Virus record (IMG/VR): IMGVR_UViG_3300044710_000053 | Coordinates: 1,769-65,768 of that record | DNA length: 64,000 bases | Direction: 5' to 3' (one strand) | DNA from: a virus | Lineage: Duplodnaviria; Caudoviricetes | Shown: one piece after another, positions 53,855 to 63,665 of the stretch | How the letters are laid out: each line of letters starts with the position of its first letter | How positions within the stretch are numbered: position 1 is the stretch's first letter | The notes under the pieces: model-generated | What the model was told of the DNA's origin: nothing | Databases searched by the model: none | Seen by the model: only the letters and a program-made list of their open reading frames with translations | Position numbers and translations under genes: made by a program

Positions 53855-54793
53855 ATGGCAACCCTTCCCCAAGAAGCTCTCAATAGCATCCTCCAAGGCT
53901 TGCCACCGGGCGGCCAGTCACTGGTCAACTTCCTCAACGGGCTGCCACAGCAGTCGTCCACGGCCACGCTCTACACGGCCAACGCGACATTCGTGCCTTC
54001 GGCAAACGCCAAGGTCTACGAAGTGACCGTTGTGGCTGGCGGTGGTGGTGGTGGTGAAGGTGGCGCAAACGTCAGCGGCCAAGCTGTCTCGGGCGGCTTC
54101 GGTGGTGGTGGTGGTGGTGTCAGCACGGCCCGGTTCGCGGCTGCCGATCTGGTGGCATTGGGCAACCAAACCATCGTCGTTGGCGCTGGTGGCGCGGGCG
54201 GCGCGAGCGGCAACACGACAGGCACCGGTGCCAATGGCGTTGCCGGTGGCAATTCCAGCTTCGGCAGTTTGGTGGCTGTTGGTGGCGCACTGGGTCAAGG
54301 CGGCAACACGGCTGGCGGCACGGCTGGTGTTGGTGGCAACGGAACCGCCCTGACTGGTGGAAACGGCGGTAATGGCACAAGCGCTGGCGCGGCTGGTAAC
54401 GCGGCTGCCAATGCCACCACGTCGCTCACCACGACGGGCGGCGGCGCAGGTGGCGGAGTCACCACGGCTCCGGCCTTCACGGCTGGCGGCAAGGGCGGTT
54501 ATCAATCGCTGGGGGCCAACGGCGGCGCGGGCGGCGCGGCCGCAGTCAGCGGAACGGTCAGTGCGACGGCTGGCGGTGCTGGGCTCTCGCTCACGGCCAA
54601 CTTCCAGGGCACTGGTGGTGGCGGCGGCGGTTCCTGCAACAACGGAGCCAGCAACAACCTCCAAGCCGGCAACGGCGGCGCTGGCGTGAACGGTGGCGGC
54701 GGTGGTGGCGGTGGCGCGTGCATCACGGGCAGCAACACCGGCGCTGGGGGCGCTGGCGGCAACGGTTTGGTGCTGGTGATTTCGTATTTCTAA
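53855..54793 (+). CDS. Glycine-rich tail-associated protein
   Basis: AAGGAG SD; TF.P..AK..EVTVVAGGGGGG...GGAGGNGLVLVISYF. Confidence 0.75.
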   Translation: MATLPQEALNSILQGLPPGGQSLVNFLNGLPQQSSTATLYTANATFVPSANAKVYEVTVVAGGGGGGEGGANVSGQAVSGGFGGGGGGVSTARFAAADLVALGNQTIVVGAGGAGGASGNTTGTGANGVAGGNSSFGSLVAVGGALGQGGNTAGGTAGVGGNGTALTGGNGGNGTSAGAAGNAAANATTSLTTTGGGAGGGVTTAPAFTAGGKGGYQSLGANGGAGGAAAVSGTVSATAGGAGLSLTANFQGTGGGGGGSCNNGASNNLQAGNGGAGVNGGGGGGGGACITGSNTGAGGAGGNGLVLVISYF

Positions 54794-54829
54794 GCGGGCA
54801 ATTCACTTTCGATTGAGGCGACTGAGGAG

Positions 54830-55660
54830 ATGAGTCTTAGGAAAACCCTGTACACGGTTTGCGTGAACAACTACGCGCCGGAGATCACCGGCTACACCTT
54901 CCCGCTCTTCAAGCACTATGCGCGAAAGATCGGGGCCGAGTTCCACGTGATTACTGAGCGGAAGTTTCCCGGTTATCCGCCCCCGTATGAAAAGCTGCAA
55001 ATCCACACGCTCGCCAAAGAGCGCGGCGACGATTGGGCAATGTTCATCGACGCCGACGCCTTGATTCATCCGGAGTGCATCGACTTCACGGATTTCGTGT
55101 CGCGGGACACGGTGATTCACAACGGCATCGACCCCTCGGCGCTGCGTTGGCGAGCGGACAACTATTTTCGACGGCACGCGCAGTGGGTCGGCTCCTGCAA
55201 CTGGCTGGCGATTGCGAGCAACTGGTGCCTGGACCTGTGGACGCCACTGGAAATCTCCAAGGAAGAGGCGGTAGCCAACATCTTCCCGACGAACGATGAG
55301 AACCATAGCGGGGTGATTGAGCCCGAGCACTTGCTGGACGACTACACGCTGTCGCGGAACATCGCCAAGTTCGGCTTGAAGGTGACGACGGTTCCGGAAG
55401 TCAACAAGCTAGCGCGGCTCAAGGACGCGCAATTCTTCTGGCACGTCTACACGGTGCCTGTGGCCAAGAAGGTCGAGATGATCCGCGAGGTGCTGTTTGG
55501 CAAGCGCACGAAGGACGACGACAAGCTGGCGCAGGTCCAGCAGATGATCGAGCAACCCGGTTTCACGGTGCAGCAGCGGCTCGAAGCAATCAAGAAGCTG
55601 ATGAACACGATGATCTTTTGGGACATTCCCAAGAGCCTGTTTAGAAAGGACGCAGCATGA
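54830..55660 (+). CDS. GT-A-like nucleotide-sugar glycosyltransferase
   Basis: GAGGAG SD; YARKIGAEF.VI, YEKLQI, MFIDADALIHP (DxD). Confidence 0.7.
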   Translation: MSLRKTLYTVCVNNYAPEITGYTFPLFKHYARKIGAEFHVITERKFPGYPPPYEKLQIHTLAKERGDDWAMFIDADALIHPECIDFTDFVSRDTVIHNGIDPSALRWRADNYFRRHAQWVGSCNWLAIASNWCLDLWTPLEISKEEAVANIFPTNDENHSGVIEPEHLLDDYTLSRNIAKFGLKVTTVPEVNKLARLKDAQFFWHVYTVPVAKKVEMIREVLFGKRTKDDDKLAQVQQMIEQPGFTVQQRLEAIKKLMNTMIFWDIPKSLFRKDAA

Positions 55661-57627
55661 CGTTCGCAGTCAACCAAGTGCCGCCAGCGGCCGGTGGCAC
55701 CGTTTCCGTGACGGCCCCGATCACCGGCAACGGTTCAAGCGGTAGCCCGCTTGCCGTATCTGCTGCGACCAGCTCAACGCCAGGCGTCGTTCAAGTAGAC
55801 AATACGACGATCACGGCGGCTGCTGGGATTATCAGTGTGGGGGCGATTGCGGCCAGCGCGGTCACGTCTGGGACTCTGGGAGTTGCGCGCGGCGGAACGG
55901 GCGCGGCGGCTTTTACACTTGGCTCAATCGTGTTCGCAGGTTCGTCCGGAGTCTACACGCAAGACAACGCCAACTTCTTTTGGAATGCCACAAATCACCG
56001 GCTTGGCATCGGCACCACGTCACCGAATTCGCAGATCGACGTGTCGGCCGCGACGCCTGAGACGCGACTGACGTGCAGCGGCACGACATACTACGCCCGC
56101 AAGACGTTCTCGGCGATGAACGACACTCTGACGCAATACAATCAGGCGATCAAGCTGCCCAGCACGACGCCAACGCTGGTGGCGCACACAATCAGCAGCA
56201 ACGGTGCCTCCGGCGGCCCGACTCCTGCGATCAACACCACGACAGCGAATCTCATCGTCGTGTCAGTGGCCGGCGTGGGCAACTATACAGCGCTGAACCT
56301 GTCGGACTCGAAGGGCAACACCTGGACGGCTGGCCCCGGGGCGTGGAGCGGCAGCAATCCTAGCAACCGAATATTTTATTGCATCAACCCGACTGTCGGC
56401 ATAGGACACACATTTTCATCGAGTAGCAGCGCCAGCAACATTGCTGTACAAGCATGGAAGCTAAGCGGGACTGGCATCGCCGTAGATCAACAAACGGCGG
56501 CAAGTGGAACATCCGCCACTATTCAGCCTGGTAGCGTGACCCCGAACTTCAACAACGAGTTGGTCGTTGCCTCCGTCGGGGCTAACAACGGTAGTTCGCT
56601 GACGATCAACAGCGGCTTCACAATCTCAGACGGGACGATCTCCTCGACTTCCTACGGCAACGCCCTGGCTTATTTGGCCCAGACGATGGCGGCAGCGGTC
56701 AACCCAACCTGGTCGAATAGTGCCTCAGTCAACGCCGCCGCGATCCTCACGTTCACCGCCGCCTACACAGGGACCGTAAACGAGGTCACGGTCTTTTCGT
56801 CGTCAGACGGCATACTCGCTTCTGAAAGCAGCATCAATGAATTTGGCGACACAAATGGTAGTACTGTTCTCAACTATGGCTCCAACAGTTACTTCGCCAT
56901 CGTGCTCAGCGGTACGACCGACGTGTTCCACGTCACTGGCACAGGACTCATTGGTATTGGCGGCGTCACGACCCCCACAGCAGCGATCCAGCTACCTGCT
57001 GGCACCACGACAGTTCCACCGCTCAAGATCACTGCCGGAACCAACGTCACATCTCCAGCCGACGGGTTCGTCGAGTACAACGGGTCGCACTTCTACGCCA
57101 CTGTCGGAACAAATAGGTATCAACTCGACCAGCAACTTTCGGCGGGCAACGCCGTCTACGGCCTGTTCTCGCATTTCGCCGACGCAAGTAACGTCACGAC
57201 CGGCAACACAATCCTATACACCGATGCTCTGGCGGCGGGGCTTCTGGCGACCAATGGGAACGCGGTCGAGTGTGAGTACAGCGGAACCTTCGCCACATCT
57301 GTCAGCACCAAGCAGGTGCGATTGTATTTTGGGCCGCTGGGCACCGCGAGCGACACGCTCGTTTTCGACAGCGGCGCGTTGGCGGTCACGGCCAACGGAA
57401 TGTGGGACTTGTGGGTTAAAGTCGTCCGCGAATCGGCGAGCGTCGTAAGAATCGAAGCGACTTGCACGTTCGGCGGCACGGGGGTCAGCGTGTTCGCGCA
57501 GCCCACCTACACGCGAATCACTGGCCTGACGTTGGCCAATGCCCAGAGCCTCACGCTCACGGGCACCAGTTCGGCTGCGTCGGCTGACGTGACCGCCTCG
57601 CTGGCGAAGGCAATGTTCATTCCCTAG
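55657..57627 (+). CDS. Tail fibre / receptor-binding protein
   Basis: VTAPITGNGSSGSPLAV, GTLGVARGGTG, FFWN..NHRLGIGTTSP, IGIGGVTTPTA; S/T/G-rich. Confidence 0.8.
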   Translation: MTFAVNQVPPAAGGTVSVTAPITGNGSSGSPLAVSAATSSTPGVVQVDNTTITAAAGIISVGAIAASAVTSGTLGVARGGTGAAAFTLGSIVFAGSSGVYTQDNANFFWNATNHRLGIGTTSPNSQIDVSAATPETRLTCSGTTYYARKTFSAMNDTLTQYNQAIKLPSTTPTLVAHTISSNGASGGPTPAINTTTANLIVVSVAGVGNYTALNLSDSKGNTWTAGPGAWSGSNPSNRIFYCINPTVGIGHTFSSSSSASNIAVQAWKLSGTGIAVDQQTAASGTSATIQPGSVTPNFNNELVVASVGANNGSSLTINSGFTISDGTISSTSYGNALAYLAQTMAAAVNPTWSNSASVNAAAILTFTAAYTGTVNEVTVFSSSDGILASESSINEFGDTNGSTVLNYGSNSYFAIVLSGTTDVFHVTGTGLIGIGGVTTPTAAIQLPAGTTTVPPLKITAGTNVTSPADGFVEYNGSHFYATVGTNRYQLDQQLSAGNAVYGLFSHFADASNVTTGNTILYTDALAAGLLATNGNAVECEYSGTFATSVSTKQVRLYFGPLGTASDTLVFDSGALAVTANGMWDLWVKVVRESASVVRIEATCTFGGTGVSVFAQPTYTRITGLTLANAQSLTLTGTSSAASADVTASLAKAMFIP

Positions 57628-57637
57628 CCACTTTGGC

Positions 57638-57730
57638 TCAGTAAGGCATGTGAAAGAACACAAACCAGTTATAGGCGCAGAAAAACAATAGCCCGACGAC
57701 GAAAGCGACGATAGCGAGTTTTGACTTCAT
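57638..57730 (-). CDS. 30-aa hydrophobic peptide antisense to the tail operon (not in ORF track)
   Basis: GAAAGGA SD; MKSKLAIVAFVVGLLFFCAYNWFVFFHMPY. Confidence 0.65.
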   Translation of the reverse strand: MKSKLAIVAFVVGLLFFCAYNWFVFFHMPY

Positions 57731-57759
57731 GGCTAATCCTTTCGAGTAACCCCAAGTCG

Positions 57760-57788
57760 ATCCTAACCACCCGCAACGGCGGAAGCAA
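57760..57788 (-). promoter_or_regulatory. Candidate sigma70 promoter for the 30-aa peptide
   Basis: TTGCTT-17-TAGGAT. Confidence 0.55.
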
Positions 57789-57857
57789 CTAAGCGGCATC
57801 GTCACCGGCTAGCCGGGGCGGAACAAATAACCAACCAACCTTTTTCGGAGTACAAAC

Positions 57858-58055
57858 ATGAGCATGGGACTTCCTCCAATGCAACCGCCAGGCGGCGGTG
57901 GACTGGGCGGCTTGATGAAGCTGATGGCGGCCGGCGGGGCAAAACAGCCTGGCAAACTCGCCATGTTTGCCAAGAGCAAAAAGCACAAGAAGAGCAAGCT
58001 GCCGCCAAAGTTCGGTCAGGGCGAGCGACACGCTGACTTTGGGCCGATGGTCTAG
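57858..58055 (+). CDS. Small basic hypothetical protein
   Basis: GGAG SD; G/M/K-rich, 65 aa. Confidence 0.55.
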   Translation: MSMGLPPMQPPGGGGLGGLMKLMAAGGAKQPGKLAMFAKSKKHKKSKLPPKFGQGERHADFGPMV

Positions 58056-58074
58056 GACGCGCGAGGTCTAAGCC

Positions 58075-61000
58075 GTGGGACTCACTAGCGCGGGGGCGAC
58101 GATCTACACCATGTCCGGCTATCGGCCGGTGCGCACGTTGCGGGTGCGGAACGGAGACCTCTATGGCTTCGACGGCATTGCCGCGCCGTTTCGCTGGGAT
58201 GGGATAGCTGCCGCAGCTTGGCAGGCCGGAGTTATCGCACCGACCGCCGCGCCGCAAATCACTCAGGTTGTCGGCGGCGCGGTGACGGCCGGCTTATACT
58301 ACTTCGGCTACCGATATGTAGACATCACCCTTGGCACCACGGCGTTTCCCAATGGCGTGCCCTCCTGCCTATCGCCGCTTACAACTGTCAACGCTGCCCA
58401 AGGAAATGGTTTCGCTTGGGCCAATCTTCAAGCGGCTGCTGTCCCAGCAAGAATCAGCCGCATCGAACTCTACCGCACGACCAGCGGCCAAGGCACCACG
58501 CTCTACCTGATTGCCGCCATCGGCCAGAACGGGACATTTAGTGCGGTAGCCTCCGCGAGCGGCAGCGCCAAGCTCACCGTGCCGGTCGGGCATAATCTGG
58601 TAGTCGGGGCCGTTATCACGGTAGCGGGCGGCGTCTACAATGGGACCACTACAGTTACGGCAGTCACCAGCACGACCGTCACCACGACGCTCACCTACTC
58701 AGCAACCGATAGCGGCACGTGGGTGCTATCCGGCTTCAACGAGCCGACGTTCGCCAACGGCACGATTTCGACCGTCACCAATTCCAGCGGCACGGCCCTC
58801 TACACGACCAGCTCGGCGCATGGCCTCAAGATTGGGGCTGGCGTCACCACGGCTGGAATCCTCAGTTCGGCCGACGCGCTGATTCCCAGCTACAACGTGA
58901 CAGGCGTGGTCGCCACGGTGCCGACGACTTCCGAATTCACACTTTCCGTCACCGGCACGCCGGTTGCCTACACGGTCGCCGGCAATAGCGGGACGTGGGT
59001 GCTGAGTTCTTACAACGGCCCGGTACCGAGCGGGGCAGTCGGCGCGGGCCAAATCACTGTCGGCACCAACAGCAGCGGCGCGACGATCTTCACCACGTCG
59101 GCCAATCACGGCCTGTTCGTGGGAGACATCGTGAAGATTCAGGGCACCAGCGTTCTCGATTACAACGTCACCCAGCAGATCACGGCAGTTCCCACATCGA
59201 ACACCTTTGTCACCGGCACACCTTATGAAACGGATATTCTGGCCGGCTACTCGACCGGCACCGTCACCACCAACGCCACGGCAACCTTGGTGGGGAGCGG
59301 CACGAGCTGGACGCAAGCGATGGTTGGCCAGTGGATCACGATTACCAGCGAGCCCAACCCGTTTCAGATTGCGGCCGTGTATTCAGCCACGCAACTCACC
59401 TTATCGGCGGCGGCCACCACCACCGGCGGCTTGAGCTACGCGATTGCCGCCGGTTTCTGGTGGCAGGCGGCGATGGATGACAATACGCTGGCCACGATCA
59501 ACGCGCTGGGGGTCGGGCTCTACGCGCAGCTTCCGATCGTCGGCGCGGATGGCTACGCGAACGCCAATCGCTTCGTGCCGCCCAATAATTTCAACCCGTT
59601 TTGCGTCATGTTTCAGGATCGGGTACTGCTGGCCGGCAGCGTGAAGTACACCGCCGGCACGGTGACGACCAACGGCACCACGACGGTCACGGGGAGCGGC
59701 ACCGCCTGGACCACGGCGATGGGTGATGGCAATCGCGAGATCATCATTGCTGGCGAACCAGCGCCGATCAAGATTGCCTCAGTCGCCAGCGGCACGTCGC
59801 TCACATTGGCGACGGCCGCGACCACCAGTGCCGGCAGTTTGAGCTATGTCATCAAGCCGCTGCCGATCTTCCGCAACCAGATCAACTATTCCGAAACGAA
59901 TGAGCCGGAGTCGATGCTGGCCACGAACACAATCACCGTGCAAGAGAACACGGGCGACGACGATGAAGTGACGGGCCTTATCCGCCACGGCTTCCACGCC
60001 TACCTCTTGAAAGAGCGGCACCTGTACGCGATTCAATTTATCCGGCAGCCGAACATCGATGCGCAGTGTTATTTGATTGCCGACCGGGGCGCTGTCTCCG
60101 ACCGCTGCGTAGCCTGGCAGGATGGACTCTGCTTCATTCTGGACCAGAAGGGAGTCTACACCTTCAACGGCGTGTCGGTGGTCCAGGATATTTCTACACC
60201 GATCGGCGACTTGTGGCGCAACGGCATCCTGGACTTTTCCAAGAGCCAATGGTGGTTCGCGGTATCTGATCCGGCCAAACACATCGTCCAGTTTTGGGTC
60301 ACATACACCGGCGACTCGGGCACGTATCCCACGCGGGCGCTGACCTACCATATCGACACGGGGGCGTGGGGACCTGAAACCTATGTCTGGCAAGTTGGCG
60401 GCGCTTGCGTGGCGTCGATCAACGGTCAGGCGCTCGTCTACATCGGCAAGGAGAACGACGAGATTTGCCTTACGGGGGCCGGCGTGTCGGAGATCGTGCC
60501 AACTGCGATTACCGGGACGGCCACCGGCGCGACGAGCGATACATTGACCGATTCGACCGCCAGCTTCACGAGCGCGGTCATCGACGCGCCTTTGGCAATC
60601 GTCGCCGGCACGGGAAAGGGCCAATGGGCACGGATCATAAACCAGACATCGACCCAATTGACGATCCAGGGTTCTTGGGCCACGACGCCCGACACGACGA
60701 GCCAGTACGCGGTGGGCGCGATCCAATGGCAGCACAAGGGAGGCATGTTGCAGTTCCCGGTCTCGGGGACAAAGAACAAGCGCTCGGTCAACCTGTTCTT
60801 TGATCCGACCACGAATCCGGCCACGCTGGACTTGCGGCTCTACCAGAACTACAACTCGACGCCGATCAGCAATGTGATTGCCGAGACCCGGCGGCCGGGA
60901 GTCTCGACCACGGCGGCATCGCCGGATGTGGTGTTCAACATGCAGTCGGCCTACGATGCTTACGACGTGAATCCAGGCTACAATGAGTATTACTACGCCG

Positions 61001-61116
61001 GACTGACAGAAGATCGGTTGCCGACGTGGCGGTATACGACGGTCGAGCTGCGCGGCTTTCAGACGCTCGACCCAATCACGATTTACCAGTACGAAGTGCA
61101 AGGGAGCCAGCCGTGA
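58075..61116 (+). CDS. Tail nozzle/stabilisation protein (P22 gp10 / T7 gp12-like) with inserted beta-sandwich repeats
   Basis: YYFGYRYV, IELYRT, FQDRVLLAG, INYSE..EPES, DEVTGL, RGAVS, GVY.FNG, ISTPI; three HGL/HNL-type and two GTVTT..GSGT.W modules. Confidence 0.75.
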   Translation: MGLTSAGATIYTMSGYRPVRTLRVRNGDLYGFDGIAAPFRWDGIAAAAWQAGVIAPTAAPQITQVVGGAVTAGLYYFGYRYVDITLGTTAFPNGVPSCLSPLTTVNAAQGNGFAWANLQAAAVPARISRIELYRTTSGQGTTLYLIAAIGQNGTFSAVASASGSAKLTVPVGHNLVVGAVITVAGGVYNGTTTVTAVTSTTVTTTLTYSATDSGTWVLSGFNEPTFANGTISTVTNSSGTALYTTSSAHGLKIGAGVTTAGILSSADALIPSYNVTGVVATVPTTSEFTLSVTGTPVAYTVAGNSGTWVLSSYNGPVPSGAVGAGQITVGTNSSGATIFTTSANHGLFVGDIVKIQGTSVLDYNVTQQITAVPTSNTFVTGTPYETDILAGYSTGTVTTNATATLVGSGTSWTQAMVGQWITITSEPNPFQIAAVYSATQLTLSAAATTTGGLSYAIAAGFWWQAAMDDNTLATINALGVGLYAQLPIVGADGYANANRFVPPNNFNPFCVMFQDRVLLAGSVKYTAGTVTTNGTTTVTGSGTAWTTAMGDGNREIIIAGEPAPIKIASVASGTSLTLATAATTSAGSLSYVIKPLPIFRNQINYSETNEPESMLATNTITVQENTGDDDEVTGLIRHGFHAYLLKERHLYAIQFIRQPNIDAQCYLIADRGAVSDRCVAWQDGLCFILDQKGVYTFNGVSVVQDISTPIGDLWRNGILDFSKSQWWFAVSDPAKHIVQFWVTYTGDSGTYPTRALTYHIDTGAWGPETYVWQVGGACVASINGQALVYIGKENDEICLTGAGVSEIVPTAITGTATGATSDTLTDSTASFTSAVIDAPLAIVAGTGKGQWARIINQTSTQLTIQGSWATTPDTTSQYAVGAIQWQHKGGMLQFPVSGTKNKRSVNLFFDPTTNPATLDLRLYQNYNSTPISNVIAETRRPGVSTTAASPDVVFNMQSAYDAYDVNPGYNEYYYAGLTEDRLPTWRYTTVELRGFQTLDPITIYQYEVQGSQP

Positions 61117-61448
61117 GCCGCGTGCCGATGGATTTTAACTGGCAACAGTGGGGCCATGATCCCCATTGGCAGCCGAATCCCGAGAACACGGGCCAGCAGT
61201 ATACGCCAGGTCCGCAAATCAACCCCGCGCAGTCGGCGCTGTCAGCGATGTTGCAAGGCGGCACGGATTCCATGCAAAGCCTTGGGCAAACCGGCCACGG
61301 CCTCATCGGCGCAATACTGGGTGCAGCGGGTTCGTTGCCGATGATTGGCGGCCAGCAGCCAGACGACCAAGAAAGCGGCGGCTCCAACCGGGACACGACG
61401 CTCGCGCCGATTTACCCAGATTACATCCGTTTCCCGCTTCGACAGTAG
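61113..61448 (+). CDS. Hypothetical virion-associated protein
   Basis: GGAG SD and GTGA overlap with the nozzle gene. Confidence 0.5.
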   Translation: MSRVPMDFNWQQWGHDPHWQPNPENTGQQYTPGPQINPAQSALSAMLQGGTDSMQSLGQTGHGLIGAILGAAGSLPMIGGQQPDDQESGGSNRDTTLAPIYPDYIRFPLRQ

Positions 61449-62084
61449 ATGTTCACCCTCCAAGCTCCCAACATGAGTGGCGCGCTGCAGCAGGCCGGGA
61501 TGTCGGCCGGGATGCAAGAGGCGCTCTTGCCGCTGGGGAACTGCGCGCAGACTTTGCAGCACCGGGGACAAATCAACATCAACGGCCAGATGCCGGGGCC
61601 GTACTACGCGACCCAGCCGGGCAACACTCCGCCGGGAGTGCCGATGGCGCAAGGTGCCGCGACCAACGGCATCTTCAACATCAACGGCACATCATTCGGC
61701 GTCGGGCTCAACGGCCGCAACGGACTCAATGGCTTGAACGGGCTGGGCATGTTGCAGATGAACGGCAACATCAACTTGGGAAATAATGCGATCATCGGGC
61801 CAAATGGTCAAGTGTACCTGCCCTACACTGAGAACGTCGTAACCGACGTTAGCTGGGACGCGACGAACCACCGACTGGTGCAGACTAAAATTCCAATTGT
61901 GTTTCTCGGTACGGCCGGCGCGCCGAACCCGACCACGATCATCAATGCCTCGGCCGTCAATGTCATTACCGACGTGCAGTGGAACTCGCCCGCCCTGCAA
62001 AAGCAGTTCACCAACAGCGTCTATGTGTTCACTCCGGGCGCGGTCCAGGCGCTCGCCAATATCAACGTGGCTGGACCATGCTAA
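61449..62084 (+). CDS. Hypothetical virion protein
   Basis: LGNCAQTLQHRG; two VTDV.W repeats. Confidence 0.65.
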   Translation: MFTLQAPNMSGALQQAGMSAGMQEALLPLGNCAQTLQHRGQININGQMPGPYYATQPGNTPPGVPMAQGAATNGIFNINGTSFGVGLNGRNGLNGLNGLGMLQMNGNINLGNNAIIGPNGQVYLPYTENVVTDVSWDATNHRLVQTKIPIVFLGTAGAPNPTTIINASAVNVITDVQWNSPALQKQFTNSVYVFTPGAVQALANINVAGPC

Positions 62085-62087
62085 GCG

Positions 62088-62573
62088 ATGCCCAGACTCA
62101 AAACAGCCGGCGGCAATTTGGTGTACAACACCGCCAACAATCTGGCGATGTGCGGGGTCGGGACCGCTTGCGCGCACTGCAACACCGGCACGACGCCGGC
62201 GCAGATGCAGGCCAAGCTGCCGACCGATGCCGGGTTCATCAATCAGCCGGGAGTTTGCACGAATTGCACCGCGCTCTCAGGGGCCACGATCTTGCTCACG
62301 CAGAGTGGCGGGAATGCTTGCGTGTGGACGGCGACGATCGCGCCGGGCGATGCAACCTGTACTTGGACCGTGACGCTCGACTTGGGCGTCACCCTGGGCA
62401 ATGCCGTGACGCTCACCGTGGCGTCGAGCATTTCGGCGTTCGTGTGGCAGAAGTCGGCTGCCGGGCTGCCGCTCAACTGCAATTTCAACAACTACTCGCT
62501 GCCGCTGCTGTCCAACGATCTATTCGATTGCCAGGGTGCAGTGACAGGCGCGGCTTTTGTGCTCGCGGTATGA
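62088..62573 (+). CDS. Cys-rich probable virion protein
   Basis: 161 aa, many Cys, beta-rich. Confidence 0.6.
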   Translation: MPRLKTAGGNLVYNTANNLAMCGVGTACAHCNTGTTPAQMQAKLPTDAGFINQPGVCTNCTALSGATILLTQSGGNACVWTATIAPGDATCTWTVTLDLGVTLGNAVTLTVASSISAFVWQKSAAGLPLNCNFNNYSLPLLSNDLFDCQGAVTGAAFVLAV

Positions 62574-62752
62574 ACTGCCAAAACCTCCAACCTGATCGCG
62601 GCGGCTACACTTGCCCGGAGTGCAAGCAGTGGAGCGGTCCCACGGATTCACCTGTCGAAAAAGTCTACATGCAATGTCGCGCAGCCGATGAGCCGCCACC
62701 AGAAATCCACGGCTGCTGCGACCCGCCGCCGGGGCCGGCGCGGCACACCTGA
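62570..62752 (+). CDS. 60-aa Cys-rich protein
   Basis: ATGA overlap; MNCQ...CPEC...GCCD. Confidence 0.55.
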   Translation: MNCQNLQPDRGGYTCPECKQWSGPTDSPVEKVYMQCRAADEPPPEIHGCCDPPPGPARHT

Positions 62753-62817
62753 TTTACCTCGCATCTTCGGCCCTAACTGACTACAATAAACCACGAGGCT
62801 TCAACGGAGCACCTACG

Positions 62818-63390
62818 ATGTCTTACGGCAACCCGGCAGTCAACGGCAGCAACGGGGGAAGTTGGTTTTCTCAGGCGTTCGGTGGTGGCCAGGGCGGCGG
62901 CGGTTCTTACGGCAACCCGGCGGTCAGCCCCGGCACGCAGCAATGGGGATCGAGCGCTACCAATCCCCAGCAGGGGATGCAGATGTATGGCCTGGGCATC
63001 GGCGGCCAACTGGCCAATACCCAGATGCAGCAGTCCGGTGGCCTTGACCGGGAACTGGCGGCACTGCCGATCCTGGCCAACATGAGCAACGGCCTCTCGG
63101 GCGGCGGCATGGCCGGCTTCCAAAGCACGAACTCACCGCAAGCCGCTTCGCTCCCAGGTAGCGCGGCCGGCGGTTCGGCGGGAAGCGGCGCGGCCTTTGG
63201 CGGCATCGACCCCAACAGCTATATCCAAAAGACGCTCGGCCAACTCGGCGGCGCAGGCGGTGGTCCGAACATGCTTTCGTCGCTGGGCTACTCGCAAGGT
63301 GGCTACACGCCGTATGCTGGCAGCGCGGGCTTGGCGGGTTACAACCGCCCGTCGTCCACGGGCTCAATCGCACAAATGCTGGGGTACTAA
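62818..63390 (+). CDS. Gly/Ser-rich probable internal virion protein
   Basis: GGAG SD; low-complexity composition; position after the tail genes. Confidence 0.6.
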   Translation: MSYGNPAVNGSNGGSWFSQAFGGGQGGGGSYGNPAVSPGTQQWGSSATNPQQGMQMYGLGIGGQLANTQMQQSGGLDRELAALPILANMSNGLSGGGMAGFQSTNSPQAASLPGSAAGGSAGSGAAFGGIDPNSYIQKTLGQLGGAGGGPNMLSSLGYSQGGYTPYAGSAGLAGYNRPSSTGSIAQMLGY

Positions 63391-63392
63391 TC

Positions 63393-63665
63393 ATGGCCAA
63401 CGGCTGGCAACAACCGCAGTTCAACCAGATCAACTTGCCGCAGGGACAGGCCGCAAATCCCGGCGCTGTGAATGCCGTCATGGCGAACCCATCGGATCAG
63501 AGCGCACTCCAACAAATGCTCAACCAAGCCGCGCAGCAGCATCAACAGCCGAACCCGGCAATGCAGTTCGCCATGCAAGGTGGTCAGCAGCAGCCCCAAG
63601 GCCAGCAGCAACAGCCGTGGGGCTTGCCACCGCTGCTGCCGATTCAACCGGGAGGTGTTCAATGA
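63393..63665 (+). CDS. Gln-rich probable internal virion protein
   Basis: 90 aa; coupled to neighbours. Confidence 0.55.
   Translation: MANGWQQPQFNQINLPQGQAANPGAVNAVMANPSDQSALQQMLNQAAQQHQQPNPAMQFAMQGGQQQPQGQQQQPWGLPPLLPIQPGGVQ

Noticed and set aside
43485-54820. Recurring TGAGGC upstream of late genes as a phage-sigma promoter motif
   Set aside because: Mostly explained as a GAGG Shine-Dalgarno; spacing is inconsistent
43514-61101. Long minus-strand ORFs opposite structural genes (for example 44721-45755, 59779-61101)
   Set aside because: Expected antisense shadows in GC-rich, codon-biased genes
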